A DNA stretch of 64,000 bases from an uncultured Flavobacteriales bacterium (GTDB lineage: Bacteria; Bacteroidota; Bacteroidia; Flavobacteriales; BACL11), in NCBI GenBank assembly GCA_905181635.1, contig CAJIYM010000005.1, positions 13,568 to 77,567 of the forward strand, written 5' to 3'. Every line of letters begins with the position of its first letter. The first letter of the stretch is position 1. The notes beneath the pieces are model-generated. The model saw only the letters and a program-made list of their open reading frames with translations, made no database searches and was not told where the DNA came from. Position numbers and translations under genes: made by a program. Positions 39,706 through 49,679 of the stretch are shown here, one piece after another.

Positions 39706-40527
39706 ATTATTCTTATTCAAATAATTCTGATGATATTCTTCTGCTCTGAAAAACTTTGAAGAATAAAGAACCTGAGTTACAATTACATTTTCTAAATTTT
39801 TCTGTTGATTTTGCAAAGATTGTTTAACCTCTTTAAGTTGTTGTTCACTATGACAAAAAACAACTGAACGATATTGCGTCCCACTATCAAATCCCTGCCT
39901 ATCTAATGTAGTTGGATTATGATTTGCCCAAAATATATTTAGCAAATTAGAAAAACTAACTTTTTCTGGATTAAAATACAAGTCAACTACTTCAGCATGA
40001 TTAGTTGTTCCACTACAGACTTCATTATAAGTTGGCATATCAGTATCACCTCCCATATAGCCAACTCTAGATAAATAAACGCCTTCAGTTGCTTTAAATA
40101 ACTTTTCGACTGACCAGAAACATCCTGCTCCAAAAGTTGCTCTTTGCAACTTAGAATAAGCCTTAAAGCGTATGCTCAATGAATTTACGCAATGACGTGT
40201 ATCTTTTATAGTAATTTGTTCTCCTAAAAAAATATGTCCTAAATGCCCATCACATTTTTTACAACAAATTTCAGTTCTTAATCGACCGCCACTCAAATCT
40301 TCATAATGAGTAATTGCTCCTTCAATTTCATCATCAAATGAAGGCCAGCCACAACCTGAATTAAATTTTGTGTTAGATTCGTACAATGGGTTATCACAAG
40401 CACGACAAATGAAAATTCCCGCCTCATAATGTTCATTATACTTGCCAGTAAAAGGAACTTCTGTTCCCTTATCTTTTAGAATATGTTTTTCCTCAGAAGT
40501 GAGATTTGAAAAATAATCTTTATTCAT
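39685..40527 (-). CDS. msrB-msrA: bifunctional peptide-methionine (R)-S-oxide / (S)-S-oxide reductase (MsrB-MsrA fusion)
   Basis: The N-terminal MsrB part has the CRAC/CKKC zinc site and RHCVNS. The C-terminal MsrA part has the GAGCFWS active site. Confidence 0.92.
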   Translation of the reverse strand: MNKDYFSNLTSEEKHILKDKGTEVPFTGKYNEHYEAGIFICRACDNPLYESNTKFNSGCGWPSFDDEIEGAITHYEDLSGGRLRTEICCKKCDGHLGHIFLGEQITIKDTRHCVNSLSIRFKAYSKLQRATFGAGCFWSVEKLFKATEGVYLSRVGYMGGDTDMPTYNEVCSGTTNHAEVVDLYFNPEKVSFSNLLNIFWANHNPTTLDRQGFDSGTQYRSVVFCHSEQQLKEVKQSLQNQQKNLENVIVTQVLYSSKFFRAEEYHQNYLNKNNSGSCGI

Positions 40528-40717
40528 AAAATCAAAAGTAGTAAATTATTTTAGTTGAAGATAATTTTTTAACTTGTGAGTTAGTTATAATAAATAGATT
40601 CTTATAGATTCTATATAAAAAGTAGCGCCTGATATAATTATAGATGCTATTACCTTATGTTAAGAAAGATAAAGAAAATGCTTTTTTATATTAGCCGAAC
40701 TTTTAATACAAACTATT

Positions 40718-41845
40718 TTGGCAAGTATATACATACATATCCCCTACTGTAAACAGAAATGTACTTATTGTAATTTTCATTTCAGAATTGCACAAAATGA
40801 CAAGAATGAAATGCTAGAAAGTATCAAAAAAGAAATATCGCTGCGAAAAACATACTTAAATGACGCTAAAATTAACTCTATTTATTTTGGTGGTGGGACA
40901 CCTTCAATACTTAAAAAAGGAGAAATAAAAAGTTTAATCAACACTTTGTATGATAATTTTAAGATTGACCCTAATGTTGAGATCACTTTAGAATGTAATC
41001 CAGATGATCTTAATAAAAATAAACTTTTAGAGCTTAAGGAGACTGGTGTTAACAGGCTAAGTATTGGTATTCAATCCTTCAATGATGAAGATTTAAAATT
41101 TATGAATCGATCTCACAATTCAAAGGAAGCACTTAATTGTATCAAGATTGCAAAGGAATCAGGTTTTAAAAATATTACTATTGATTTAATTTACGGACTA
41201 CCAAATCAAAGTAATAAAAATTGGGAGGAAAACTTAGCACAAATGATCTCTCTAGACATACAACATTTTTCGGCTTACTCTTTAACAGTAGAGCCTAAAA
41301 CAAAATTAAAACATCTAATTGACAAGAAACTTGTAACCCCTTTGAATGATGAAATTACAGTTAAACATTTCAATACTTTGTTAGACGTTGCTAGTAAAAA
41401 TAATTTTGTTCATTATGAAATATCAAATTTTGGAAAGGAAGGGTTCTTCTCAGAACATAATACTGCCTATTGGGAAAATAAGCATTATTTAGGAGTCGGA
41501 CCTTCTGCACATTCCTTTAATGGAAATAGTCGACAATGGAACGTTTCATCAAACAAGCAATACATAAATAAGATAAATGATGGTGTTTCATATTTTGAGT
41601 TAGAACAACTTAGCAATTCTCAAAAATGCAATGAATATATTTTCATTGCCTTGCGTACAATTTGGGGAGTTAAGCTAGATTATCTGAATAATCAGTTTGG
41701 GCAAGAAGCTCTAGACAATTTTAAAAAACAAGTAATAAAATGGGAAAAGAAAGGAAAAATAATGCAGTATGAAGGGGCTTATATACTTACCAAAAATGGT
41801 AAGTTATTTGCTGATGCCATTGCTTCAGATTTATTTATTGTCTAA
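40718..41845 (+). CDS. hemW: radical SAM family heme chaperone HemW
   Basis: TTG start. IYIHIPYCKQKCTYCNF (CxxxCxxC) with HemN-like C-terminal region. Confidence 0.88.
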   Translation: MASIYIHIPYCKQKCTYCNFHFRIAQNDKNEMLESIKKEISLRKTYLNDAKINSIYFGGGTPSILKKGEIKSLINTLYDNFKIDPNVEITLECNPDDLNKNKLLELKETGVNRLSIGIQSFNDEDLKFMNRSHNSKEALNCIKIAKESGFKNITIDLIYGLPNQSNKNWEENLAQMISLDIQHFSAYSLTVEPKTKLKHLIDKKLVTPLNDEITVKHFNTLLDVASKNNFVHYEISNFGKEGFFSEHNTAYWENKHYLGVGPSAHSFNGNSRQWNVSSNKQYINKINDGVSYFELEQLSNSQKCNEYIFIALRTIWGVKLDYLNNQFGQEALDNFKKQVIKWEKKGKIMQYEGAYILTKNGKLFADAIASDLFIV

Positions 41846-42931
41846 AATTCTTTTGAAATAAGATTCATATTTATTAATAACAATAGACCATCTGTAAACT
41901 TTATCTATTCTTATAAGATTATTTTTTACGAATTCAATTTTATTTTTTAAAATCTCTTTGTCCTTTAGTAAATCAGCTAATATATTGGCACTATTAAAAT
42001 AATATGAATTCTGATCTACTACTGATTTATTAAACTGGTTATCATGTGCTAAAATAAATGCCTTTGCAGCCATAGCTTCAAGTAAAGCAGGATTAGTCCC
42101 TCCTACAGAATGACCGTGTAAATAATATTTTGAATAATATCTCATATTATCAAGGTGAGGTTTATTAAAAATACCATCAAGGAAAATAATGTTTGAATTT
42201 CTATACTTATCTTTCAGAAAATCACCATAATTAGTCATGTGATTTCCAACAACAAAATATGGATGTTTTATTCCGCTGAGGATATAACCATCAAACATCA
42301 CTTCTAAATTATTCTCAGGCTCTAATCTTGCAATTGTTAAAATATAATTATTAGGAACTAAACCATATTCCTTCAGACAATTAGGGTTGGGAATCGCAGC
42401 ATCAAAAGCTCCATAAGCAATAAATTCAGATTTTCTATTATATTCTTCATGAATATAATCTTGAATCCCAACATTATCAGCAATTAAATAATCCGAATGT
42501 TTAACTCCATATTTCTCAATCGTTTTAGTGATTTTCTGAACCAAATAATTCCACTTTGAACGCTTCCATTCTAGTCCATCAAGGTTGGTTACAATTACTT
42601 TATTTTTGTGATTACAAAATATTACCGATAAAGCTGAAGTAATTAAACCAAGCTCTAAAATGATATCAAAATCCTTGTTTGTTGCATCTTTGAAGCATAT
42701 ATAGTCATAAATAAAATTAGATCCTGAATTACCTAAGAAAGTTTTAAGTCCTGCTTTTCTTATTATTTGAACACCTTTATAGCTTTCTTCTTTATAGGGG
42801 TGAAAATCTGGCGAATAAACGCTAACTTGATGTCCTTTTTCAACCAAGCCTACGGATAAATATTCTGCACATTGTTCAAAACCTCCATAATTGTTAGGAA
42901 TCCCTCTTGTACCTAAAATTGCAATTTTCAT
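41831..42931 (-). CDS. glycosyltransferase (GT4-like with DUF1972-type N-terminus)
   Basis: MKIAILGTRGIPNNYGGFEQCAEYLS... is a typical DUF1972 start, and the C-terminal ...GHSVGGTNPALLEAMA... is a GT1/GT4 motif. Confidence 0.75.
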   Translation of the reverse strand: MKIAILGTRGIPNNYGGFEQCAEYLSVGLVEKGHQVSVYSPDFHPYKEESYKGVQIIRKAGLKTFLGNSGSNFIYDYICFKDATNKDFDIILELGLITSALSVIFCNHKNKVIVTNLDGLEWKRSKWNYLVQKITKTIEKYGVKHSDYLIADNVGIQDYIHEEYNRKSEFIAYGAFDAAIPNPNCLKEYGLVPNNYILTIARLEPENNLEVMFDGYILSGIKHPYFVVGNHMTNYGDFLKDKYRNSNIIFLDGIFNKPHLDNMRYYSKYYLHGHSVGGTNPALLEAMAAKAFILAHDNQFNKSVVDQNSYYFNSANILADLLKDKEILKNKIEFVKNNLIRIDKVYRWSIVINKYESYFKRILDNK

Positions 42932-43082
42932 ACTTTTTATTTGTAGGGTGTAAATATATAAACAGAAGTTTATTTAAACCCATATTTTATACATTTACAT
43001 TCTTGCAGGACACCCAAATAAAATAAACAAATACATGTTAACATCTTATATTTCAATCACTTAAAAACATAATCAAGCTTAT

Positions 43083-43090
43083 TATATTTG
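43083..43090 (+). promoter_or_regulatory. orphan -7 promoter box TATATTTG on the + strand in the 262-bp gap, pointing at the 43151 hairpin
   Basis: Exact TAnnTTTG match with no ORF downstream. See the corresponding finding. Confidence 0.3.
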
Positions 43091-43150
43091 TAACGTCGTA
43101 ATACTTGTTTTGGGTTGTACTATTCGTTCATAATATTGTGCAACATAAAA

Positions 43151-43170
43151 GCCCTCGCTTACGTGAGGGC
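43151..43170 (-). terminator. GC-rich hairpin terminator downstream of porP/sprF (GCCCTCgC-TTAC-GtGAGGGC), possibly bidirectional
   Basis: A 6-bp GC stem with one further C-G pair beyond a single mismatch, in otherwise AT-rich DNA. It is followed by TTTTAT on the - strand and TTTCTCTTTATTT on the + strand. Confidence 0.7.
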
Positions 43171-43193
43171 TTTCTCTTTATTTATTTATAATT

Positions 43194-44123
43194 CTAGTTA
43201 GGAAGTCTAACGCCTAACATAAATTCATGAGATCCTGAATAGTAACTATTAGTCGCTGTAGAAGGCATTCCGTATGAATAACCAATATTAAATTTATCAT
43301 TAATATTGTAACCTAACAATGCGGCAATTGAAGATAAATCATTATTCATATTATAATTCATACCTAGCCAAAATATCTCTTTGTATTCTGATTTTATGCC
43401 AAAGTCAATTTGAGTTTTTGCACCAACTACTGACCTTAAGAAAAAGCTTGGCTCAATAGAAATTGCTGGATTAATATCAAAAACATATGAACCTAAAACA
43501 TAAATATGGCTAGCCAATTTTCCATTCTGACTTGTAGTATCATATATTCTTGTAAAATTATCATCCATTAATTTGAGCTCTGAACTTAAAAGTTGAGGGA
43601 TAGCAGCCCCTATATACCATTTATCTCCACTGAAATTTAAACCAAAAGTTGCATCAGGTAAAGTTCTTACTACATCACCACCAAGCATTAAGGGGTCATT
43701 TTGATCATCAACAGATATATTGTTCTTAATAATTTTAAACTGTGTAAACCCACCTTGTAATGCCAATGAAAGTTTCATTTTAGAGCTTAACGAAAAAGCA
43801 TAAGTATATGAGGCTGAACCTCCCGATCTACTTGTAGGGCCCGTAACATCATTGTACAAGGTGCCTCCTAGACCAACATGATCACTATGCTTTCCATAAA
43901 CACTAATTACATTAGTTCTAGGTCCTTCATTCATTCCTATCCATTGATTACGGATAGAAGTATTCACTTGATAGTAATCATACATCCCAGCAACAGCAGG
44001 GTTTATAGCATAATTATTATTCATATACTGTGTAATTTGTGGAAGTTGTTGTCCTTTTAAAATACCTCCAAAGCAAATTGCAAAAAATAAGATTGATATT
44101 TTTTTCATTTTTTTCATTTTCAT
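43194..44123 (-). CDS. type IX secretion system membrane protein, PorP/SprF family
   Basis: Signal peptide, then ...GQQLPQITQYMNNNYAINPAVAG... is the characteristic PorP/SprF N-terminus, followed by a beta-barrel-like C-terminal region. I prefer the ATG at 44123, 1 nt after the upstream TAA. Confidence 0.85.
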   Translation of the reverse strand: MKMKKMKKISILFFAICFGGILKGQQLPQITQYMNNNYAINPAVAGMYDYYQVNTSIRNQWIGMNEGPRTNVISVYGKHSDHVGLGGTLYNDVTGPTSRSGGSASYTYAFSLSSKMKLSLALQGGFTQFKIIKNNISVDDQNDPLMLGGDVVRTLPDATFGLNFSGDKWYIGAAIPQLLSSELKLMDDNFTRIYDTTSQNGKLASHIYVLGSYVFDINPAISIEPSFFLRSVVGAKTQIDFGIKSEYKEIFWLGMNYNMNNDLSSIAALLGYNINDKFNIGYSYGMPSTATNSYYSGSHEFMLGVRLPN

Positions 44124-44124
44124 A

Positions 44125-47100
44125 TTATCTGATAATTGTAATAGGACCTGTTTGAGGCTCATCACCTGTATTTAAGTCTATTATATAATAGTATGTTCCA
44201 ACTGGCAACTCTTTTCCTTCATTAGTCCCGTCCCAAGACTGATAATTATTTCCTCCACTTGATTCAAAAACTAAACCACCCCATCTATTAAATATTTGAA
44301 CTAAAGCATTTTGATAAGATCTTATATCTAGTGGCACCCAAGTATCATTAAAGCCATCATTATTAGGAGTTATTGCTTCGTAAGGCTTTACACCAACAAC
44401 AACATAAATAGAATCATAACCTAAACATCCATTAGCATCCTTAACATTTAAATAATACCAATCAGTTTCTGAAATAGATGGAATATTAATAAAACCATTA
44501 GTATTTGTAATTGTATCATTAGTCCACTGCCAAGTATACTCTACACAACTATTATTATCAGAAAACAAGTTAATATTATCCCCCGCTAATACGATCGGGT
44601 AAACACCATATTCAACTGCAGGATTTGATCCTAACATTGGATCAATTGAATTAAAATTAACAGCAACAATATTCTCTTGCTCACAATTATCGGCATCAGT
44701 AATAGTTAAAGTGTAATATACTGTTGCGTTTTCTCCCTGAGCCAAAATAATTTCTGGCATAATAATTCTATCTCCTGTTTCTATACCATCATTCCAAGTA
44801 TATGTTAACTCAGAGCTTTCATCAACATCAATAATAATTGATTGACCCAAGCAAATTGTAGTATCAATGTTAATTAAGTTTTCAGGTAAAAATATTTTTC
44901 TATAGTCTTTAATAAATGTACTATCATTAATTTCACATCCTCTTGTGTCTATAACGGTAATAGCATACCATCCAGGTGGATTTCCACCAATGATATTTGA
45001 ATTATTTAATGTTTGAGTTCCATTTATAAAATAATTAAATATTTGACTTCCTCCTTCAGGAAACATTCTAATAATCCCATCATTTAACAAACAAGTTTCG
45101 TCAACGGTATCAACTAAAAGAGTAAGCGGTTCAAAAGGCTCTGTTATTTCTACAGAAAATGATATTACGTCACAGCCATTTCTATCCTTAGCAATAACAT
45201 AATAATTTCCAGGAGATAAATTGGTGAACACAAAAGGAGTTTGTGATACTGACCCCGACTCATAATCTACAACTTGGTCAACTATTGTGGTTCCAGAATA
45301 TAGTGTATACGAATAAGTTGCTTCAAAAGAAGTCCCTCCATTTCCTAATACCTCAATAGAACCATCATCGTCACCAAAACAAGAAATATCAAACTCTTGT
45401 ATTGATATTCCTAATAGTGTAGGTTCATTTAAATAAACCTCAAATGTATCTCTACACGTATTTGCATCTTCAACTATTACTTTATAAACACCTAAAGGTA
45501 AGTTAGAAATTAGTGAGCCAGTACCTCCATTAGACCAGGAATAAGCATAAGCAAGCTCCCCTCCCGTAACATTTGCATTTAGTTTTCCGTCAGAGAAACC
45601 ATTACAAGAAATTGGACTGGTTATTGAAATATCAACTTGCAATTCTTCTGGCTGAGTTAGTGTGAAATTAACAGTGTCTGAACATCCTACAGCATCTGAA
45701 ACAACACAATAATAATCAGTAGAAAGAGTAATACTATCTACACACAAACCTACTGCTAATGCTGTACTTTGCCCAAGATAATCATTCCATAAATAGTTGT
45801 AAGACGTTAAACCAGAAAAAGGTACTCCTCCAAAAACATTAACATTTAACTCTCCGTCACAATCATCAAAACAACCAACATTTTCAATAGTACCTTGGTT
45901 AGCTTGAAAAACATTATCATCATTAATTATTACTGAATCTTTATCCTCACATCCATTTTCATCTGTTACGGTAATCGTGTAAGTCCCTGCTGTTAAATTA
46001 GATAAAGAATAAGTTGTTTCTCCAGAATCCCATAAATAGGAATAAGTAGTTGCCGAGCCAACTCCACCATAAACTGAATCTGTAACAGATCCATTATTCC
46101 ATTCGGCACAATTTATGTTAGTTGTTACAAAACTATGTTGAATAGAACTAGGTTCGTTAAATAATATTGTTTCTTGATAAGTACAACCATTAGCATCCTC
46201 TACTACAAAATTATGAATACCAGCCCAAATGCTATCAATAGTAGTTGTATTAGAAAAAATTATGCTATCAGTTAAATAAGGAGCTGTACCACCAGAGCCT
46301 ATAATATCTAAATAACCTAAACTATCCTCATTACATCTTATTTGATAATTATTCCAATTAGATGTTGTAGTTTCAACTTCAAATAAAGTAGGCTCAATTA
46401 TGGTAATAAAATCTGATGAAGCGCAATTATTTATATCAAACACTTCAATAGTATGCTGGCCGGGCTCCAAAGCTAAGAAAAGCATATTCGATTGAGTAGG
46501 GTTACCATCAATAGAAAATTCAAAAGGACCAGTACCCCCAACAAACTGAATATCTTGTACGGCACCATCATCAAACCCATAACAACTAATGTGAGTAAAT
46601 ACTGTGCTATCAATTGCTAATAAGCCAGGGTAAGATAAAGTAATACTTGTATCATCAAAACAACCATTTGCATCAATTGCTTGAATAACATATGTATTTG
46701 GAGCTAACATTCCAAAAACAGGATTAGGCTGATTGTTTAATCCATTTGTGTTTGAAAAAGAATACGGCTGTTGCCCGCCGCTTACTAATATCTCTATCTG
46801 AGCATCATTAATACCATAACAGCTATTATAGGTAACTAATACAGTATCAATAACAATTTGATTAGATTCAGGAGTAATGTTAATACTTTCAGTTATAACG
46901 CAAGAAGTAGAATCAGTTACCAACACGGAATATGTTCCTATAGGTATACCACTGATTGTAGCAGATGTTTCGCCTGTAATGACTCCATTAATATCAGTCC
47001 ATTGATATGAATACGCAGGCGTTCCCGCTGCTGTAACTGTTGCAGAACCACTAGAATCTCCCAAGCAAGGTGATAAAGTTGTAAACGAAACCGTAAAACC

Positions 47101-48996
47101 TATATCTGCTAATACAGAAACTGATTCTGTAAACTGACAATCATTACTATCAGTGACTTCAACTGTATATATTCCTGTTACTAGGTTATTTGCAACAGAA
47201 GAGTTTTGTAAAGTATCATTATTCCAAATGTATGATAAGCTACCTGTACCTCCTGAAGCTACTGTTATTGAGGCCTGACCATCCGATTGATTACAATATT
47301 CTAGAGCACTAGAAGTCGTATAAACAAAGCCTGTAGGCTCAGCTAATGAAAAAGATATACTAGCTGTACATCCATTATCATCAACTGCATTCAAAATGTA
47401 AGATCCATTAGTAATATCTCCGCAAAGACCTGAGAAATAAGGGGTAGTTTGCTGAGGGCCTGAGTTTATACTATAAAACTCTTGTCCAACACCATTTAAA
47501 GAATTAATAGAAATTGCCCCATTACAACCACTAGGACAATCAATAGCATTACTAACTAAATATGGTATGCTAAATAATCCAGGATTATCTAAAGTAACAA
47601 TGTTTGAATCAATACACCCGCTAGCATCCTTAACTTCAACATTATAGATTCCAGATAATAAATTGGAATAGAAAGTGTCTGAACTAAATATTACACCACC
47701 ATCAATTGAATATGTGTATGGAGCTAATCCTCCAGTTATAGATGAAAACGTAATACTACCATCGGAAGAATCATTACAACTTACTTCATAACTGTTATAA
47801 TCAGAAAGAATTGTTGAGTAAATTATTTGTGTTGGTTCAGCTAAATAAACTAATGAGCTATCTATACAGCCATTAGCATCCATAATTTTCAATGTATAAG
47901 TTGAATCTCCAAATAAATTAATGAAAGTTGAATTTGTTTGATCAGTTATAAAATTATCAATTGAAAATACATATCCTGGAACTCCAATATTAATAGTATC
48001 AATCTGAAAATCAATACCTCCAGTACTTGAATTATAACAATCAACATCTAAGATAACGCTTGCTGTTCCTGAGAGTGCCGGAGGTTCGTTCAATATAAAA
48101 ATTTCTGTTTCAATACAATCATTAGAATCTTTACAGATTATTGTATATGTACCTAATGTTAGACCGGAGAATATAGCACTAGATTGGAAATTAATTCCAT
48201 CTATTGAATATGTAAATACACCGGTCCCTCCACTTGCTAAAGCCGTTATCGTTCCGTCTGAACCGCCATTACAAGAGATATTATAGCTGTTATAATCAGA
48301 AATTGTAACTGAAAGAACAATAGGGGATATTGAATCTAATGTAAAACTAGTTGCTGAAGGAGAGGTAGAGCATCCATTTGCATCTGTAACTACAATATCA
48401 TAATTATTTGCACACAAAGCAACAAATGAATAAGTTGAATCACCACTTACTAAATTTTGAAGAGTTCCTCCATCTAATGTAAATGAATAAGGTCCTGTTC
48501 CTCCAGAAACTAATAGATCCTCAGCAGCAATACAATCACCTGCACATAAATTACTAGCAACAATAGAAGTAGAAGCTGTTAGCTGAGATGGTTCTGAAAA
48601 ATTAACTGAACAAAACTCGTCATATACCCCTATAGAGCTAGTACCAGATGAGCTTCCTCCATTTGCTGAGTAATACGAAGCAGAATCTACTAACCTAATA
48701 CAATAATCAACATTAGGAAGTAAGCTTGTAAAATTAAGTGACAAAGCTGTTGTTATGTCTGTACTAAAGTAAGAAACAAAAAGTGATGGAATTGGAAAAT
48801 ATCCTACAATACATTTATAATCAACTGGATTAGGAGCTGTTTGGTTAACCGTAACTAGCATTTCATCAGCCACATAACCGCCATTACATACAATAGGTTG
48901 TGAAATAAATGCAGTATCAATAGTTGGATCTTGAGCAAATAAACTAGTTATAGTAGTTAAAAACAAAATGCTCGTAAAAAGTAATATCTTCTTCAT
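44125..48996 (-). CDS. 1623-aa cell-surface SprB-repeat protein with T9SS type B (gliding-motility-associated / CHU_C-like) C-terminal sorting domain
   Basis: Signal peptide, about 15 Cys-framed repeats, and a C-terminal ...ITPNNDGFNDTWVP...IFNRWGGLVFES...WDGT...LPVGTYYYII... (roughly 44128-44394). Confidence 0.85.
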   Translation of the reverse strand: MKKILLFTSILFLTTITSLFAQDPTIDTAFISQPIVCNGGYVADEMLVTVNQTAPNPVDYKCIVGYFPIPSLFVSYFSTDITTALSLNFTSLLPNVDYCIRLVDSASYYSANGGSSSGTSSIGVYDEFCSVNFSEPSQLTASTSIVASNLCAGDCIAAEDLLVSGGTGPYSFTLDGGTLQNLVSGDSTYSFVALCANNYDIVVTDANGCSTSPSATSFTLDSISPIVLSVTISDYNSYNISCNGGSDGTITALASGGTGVFTYSIDGINFQSSAIFSGLTLGTYTIICKDSNDCIETEIFILNEPPALSGTASVILDVDCYNSSTGGIDFQIDTINIGVPGYVFSIDNFITDQTNSTFINLFGDSTYTLKIMDANGCIDSSLVYLAEPTQIIYSTILSDYNSYEVSCNDSSDGSITFSSITGGLAPYTYSIDGGVIFSSDTFYSNLLSGIYNVEVKDASGCIDSNIVTLDNPGLFSIPYLVSNAIDCPSGCNGAISINSLNGVGQEFYSINSGPQQTTPYFSGLCGDITNGSYILNAVDDNGCTASISFSLAEPTGFVYTTSSALEYCNQSDGQASITVASGGTGSLSYIWNNDTLQNSSVANNLVTGIYTVEVTDSNDCQFTESVSVLADIGFTVSFTTLSPCLGDSSGSATVTAAGTPAYSYQWTDINGVITGETSATISGIPIGTYSVLVTDSTSCVITESINITPESNQIVIDTVLVTYNSCYGINDAQIEILVSGGQQPYSFSNTNGLNNQPNPVFGMLAPNTYVIQAIDANGCFDDTSITLSYPGLLAIDSTVFTHISCYGFDDGAVQDIQFVGGTGPFEFSIDGNPTQSNMLFLALEPGQHTIEVFDINNCASSDFITIIEPTLFEVETTTSNWNNYQIRCNEDSLGYLDIIGSGGTAPYLTDSIIFSNTTTIDSIWAGIHNFVVEDANGCTYQETILFNEPSSIQHSFVTTNINCAEWNNGSVTDSVYGGVGSATTYSYLWDSGETTYSLSNLTAGTYTITVTDENGCEDKDSVIINDDNVFQANQGTIENVGCFDDCDGELNVNVFGGVPFSGLTSYNYLWNDYLGQSTALAVGLCVDSITLSTDYYCVVSDAVGCSDTVNFTLTQPEELQVDISITSPISCNGFSDGKLNANVTGGELAYAYSWSNGGTGSLISNLPLGVYKVIVEDANTCRDTFEVYLNEPTLLGISIQEFDISCFGDDDGSIEVLGNGGTSFEATYSYTLYSGTTIVDQVVDYESGSVSQTPFVFTNLSPGNYYVIAKDRNGCDVISFSVEITEPFEPLTLLVDTVDETCLLNDGIIRMFPEGGSQIFNYFINGTQTLNNSNIIGGNPPGWYAITVIDTRGCEINDSTFIKDYRKIFLPENLINIDTTICLGQSIIIDVDESSELTYTWNDGIETGDRIIMPEIILAQGENATVYYTLTITDADNCEQENIVAVNFNSIDPMLGSNPAVEYGVYPIVLAGDNINLFSDNNSCVEYTWQWTNDTITNTNGFINIPSISETDWYYLNVKDANGCLGYDSIYVVVGVKPYEAITPNNDGFNDTWVPLDIRSYQNALVQIFNRWGGLVFESSGGNNYQSWDGTNEGKELPVGTYYYIIDLNTGDEPQTGPITIIR
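44917..48594 (-). repeat. about 15 tandem, diverged SprB-type protein repeats (76-94 aa each) within the CDS
   Basis: The recurring repeat-end motif D-x-N/S-x-C has its Cys at residues 209, 294, 377, 461, 543, 620, 699, 779, 858, 938, 1016, 1105, 1181, 1275 and 1354. Each unit also begins with a C-x-G/N-x-x-DG-like motif. Coordinates are approximate and come from hand counting. Confidence 0.7.
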
Positions 48997-49094
48997 GTTA
49001 TCTAAAATAATTAAATTCTTTATAAGCTCGCAAGATACAAATTTTATGATAAAAGATAAACAAATGATAAATTGAAAACAACTAGAAGAAAAAT

Positions 49095-49110
49095 GCAGGA
49101 AATTTCCTGC
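49095..49110 (-). terminator. rho-independent terminator after the DUF420 gene (GCAGGA-AATT-TCCTGC, then ATTTTTCTT on the - strand)
   Basis: A perfect 16-nt palindrome 28 nt downstream of the DUF420 stop, followed by a U-rich tract. Confidence 0.7.
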
Positions 49111-49137
49111 TTAGATTTTAAATAAAATAACTAATTG

Positions 49138-49671
49138 CTAATAGTATGGAGACATGAAGATATATACCATTACTCCTGTAATAGCAACATACATCCATAT
49201 AGGAAACGTATATCTTACAATTGCCTTATGCTTTATAATCTCTCCTGTCATTCCTCTGTAAATTGCGAAAAGAGCCAATGGCAAAACAAGAACAGATAAA
49301 ATTATATGTGAAATAAGAATGAAAAAGTAGATGTATCTAATCATCCCCTCTCCGCCAAAAGGAACTGGTAAATTTGTGAGTTTTGATGTCACATAAGACA
49401 GTAAAAAAATAGATGATAAAATAAAAGCCGATAACATTGAAAATTTATGTAAATTAGTCTTTTTGTTTTTTATTAAAATAAATCCTGTAAACAAAAGTAC
49501 TGCAGTTGACCCATTTAAAACAGCATGAAAGAAAGGTAGAGAGCTAAAATCAATACTTTCAGATTCTATGTGAAACACATCAGGAAATAACATTAATAAA
49601 GCAACTAAAATTGGGACAATAATTGACAAAGTAATTATCAAAGGAACAAAAAATGAGTCTTTTTTTTTCAT
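49138..49671 (-). CDS. DUF420 family membrane protein (cytochrome oxidase-associated)
   Basis: 177 aa with 4-5 TM segments, directly downstream of cyoE as in many aa3 oxidase clusters. Confidence 0.7.
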   Translation of the reverse strand: MKKKDSFFVPLIITLSIIVPILVALLMLFPDVFHIESESIDFSSLPFFHAVLNGSTAVLLFTGFILIKNKKTNLHKFSMLSAFILSSIFLLSYVTSKLTNLPVPFGGEGMIRYIYFFILISHIILSVLVLPLALFAIYRGMTGEIIKHKAIVRYTFPIWMYVAITGVMVYIFMSPYY

Positions 49672-49679
49672 ATTTTTTT

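Noticed and set aside
40636-40665. Short direct repeat ATAGATTCT (twice) and the AT-palindrome TATAATTATA in the 190-bp gap upstream of hemW.
   Set aside because: The lengths (9-10 nt) and pure AT content are within chance expectation for this composition. There is no flanking structure or partner elsewhere in the window.
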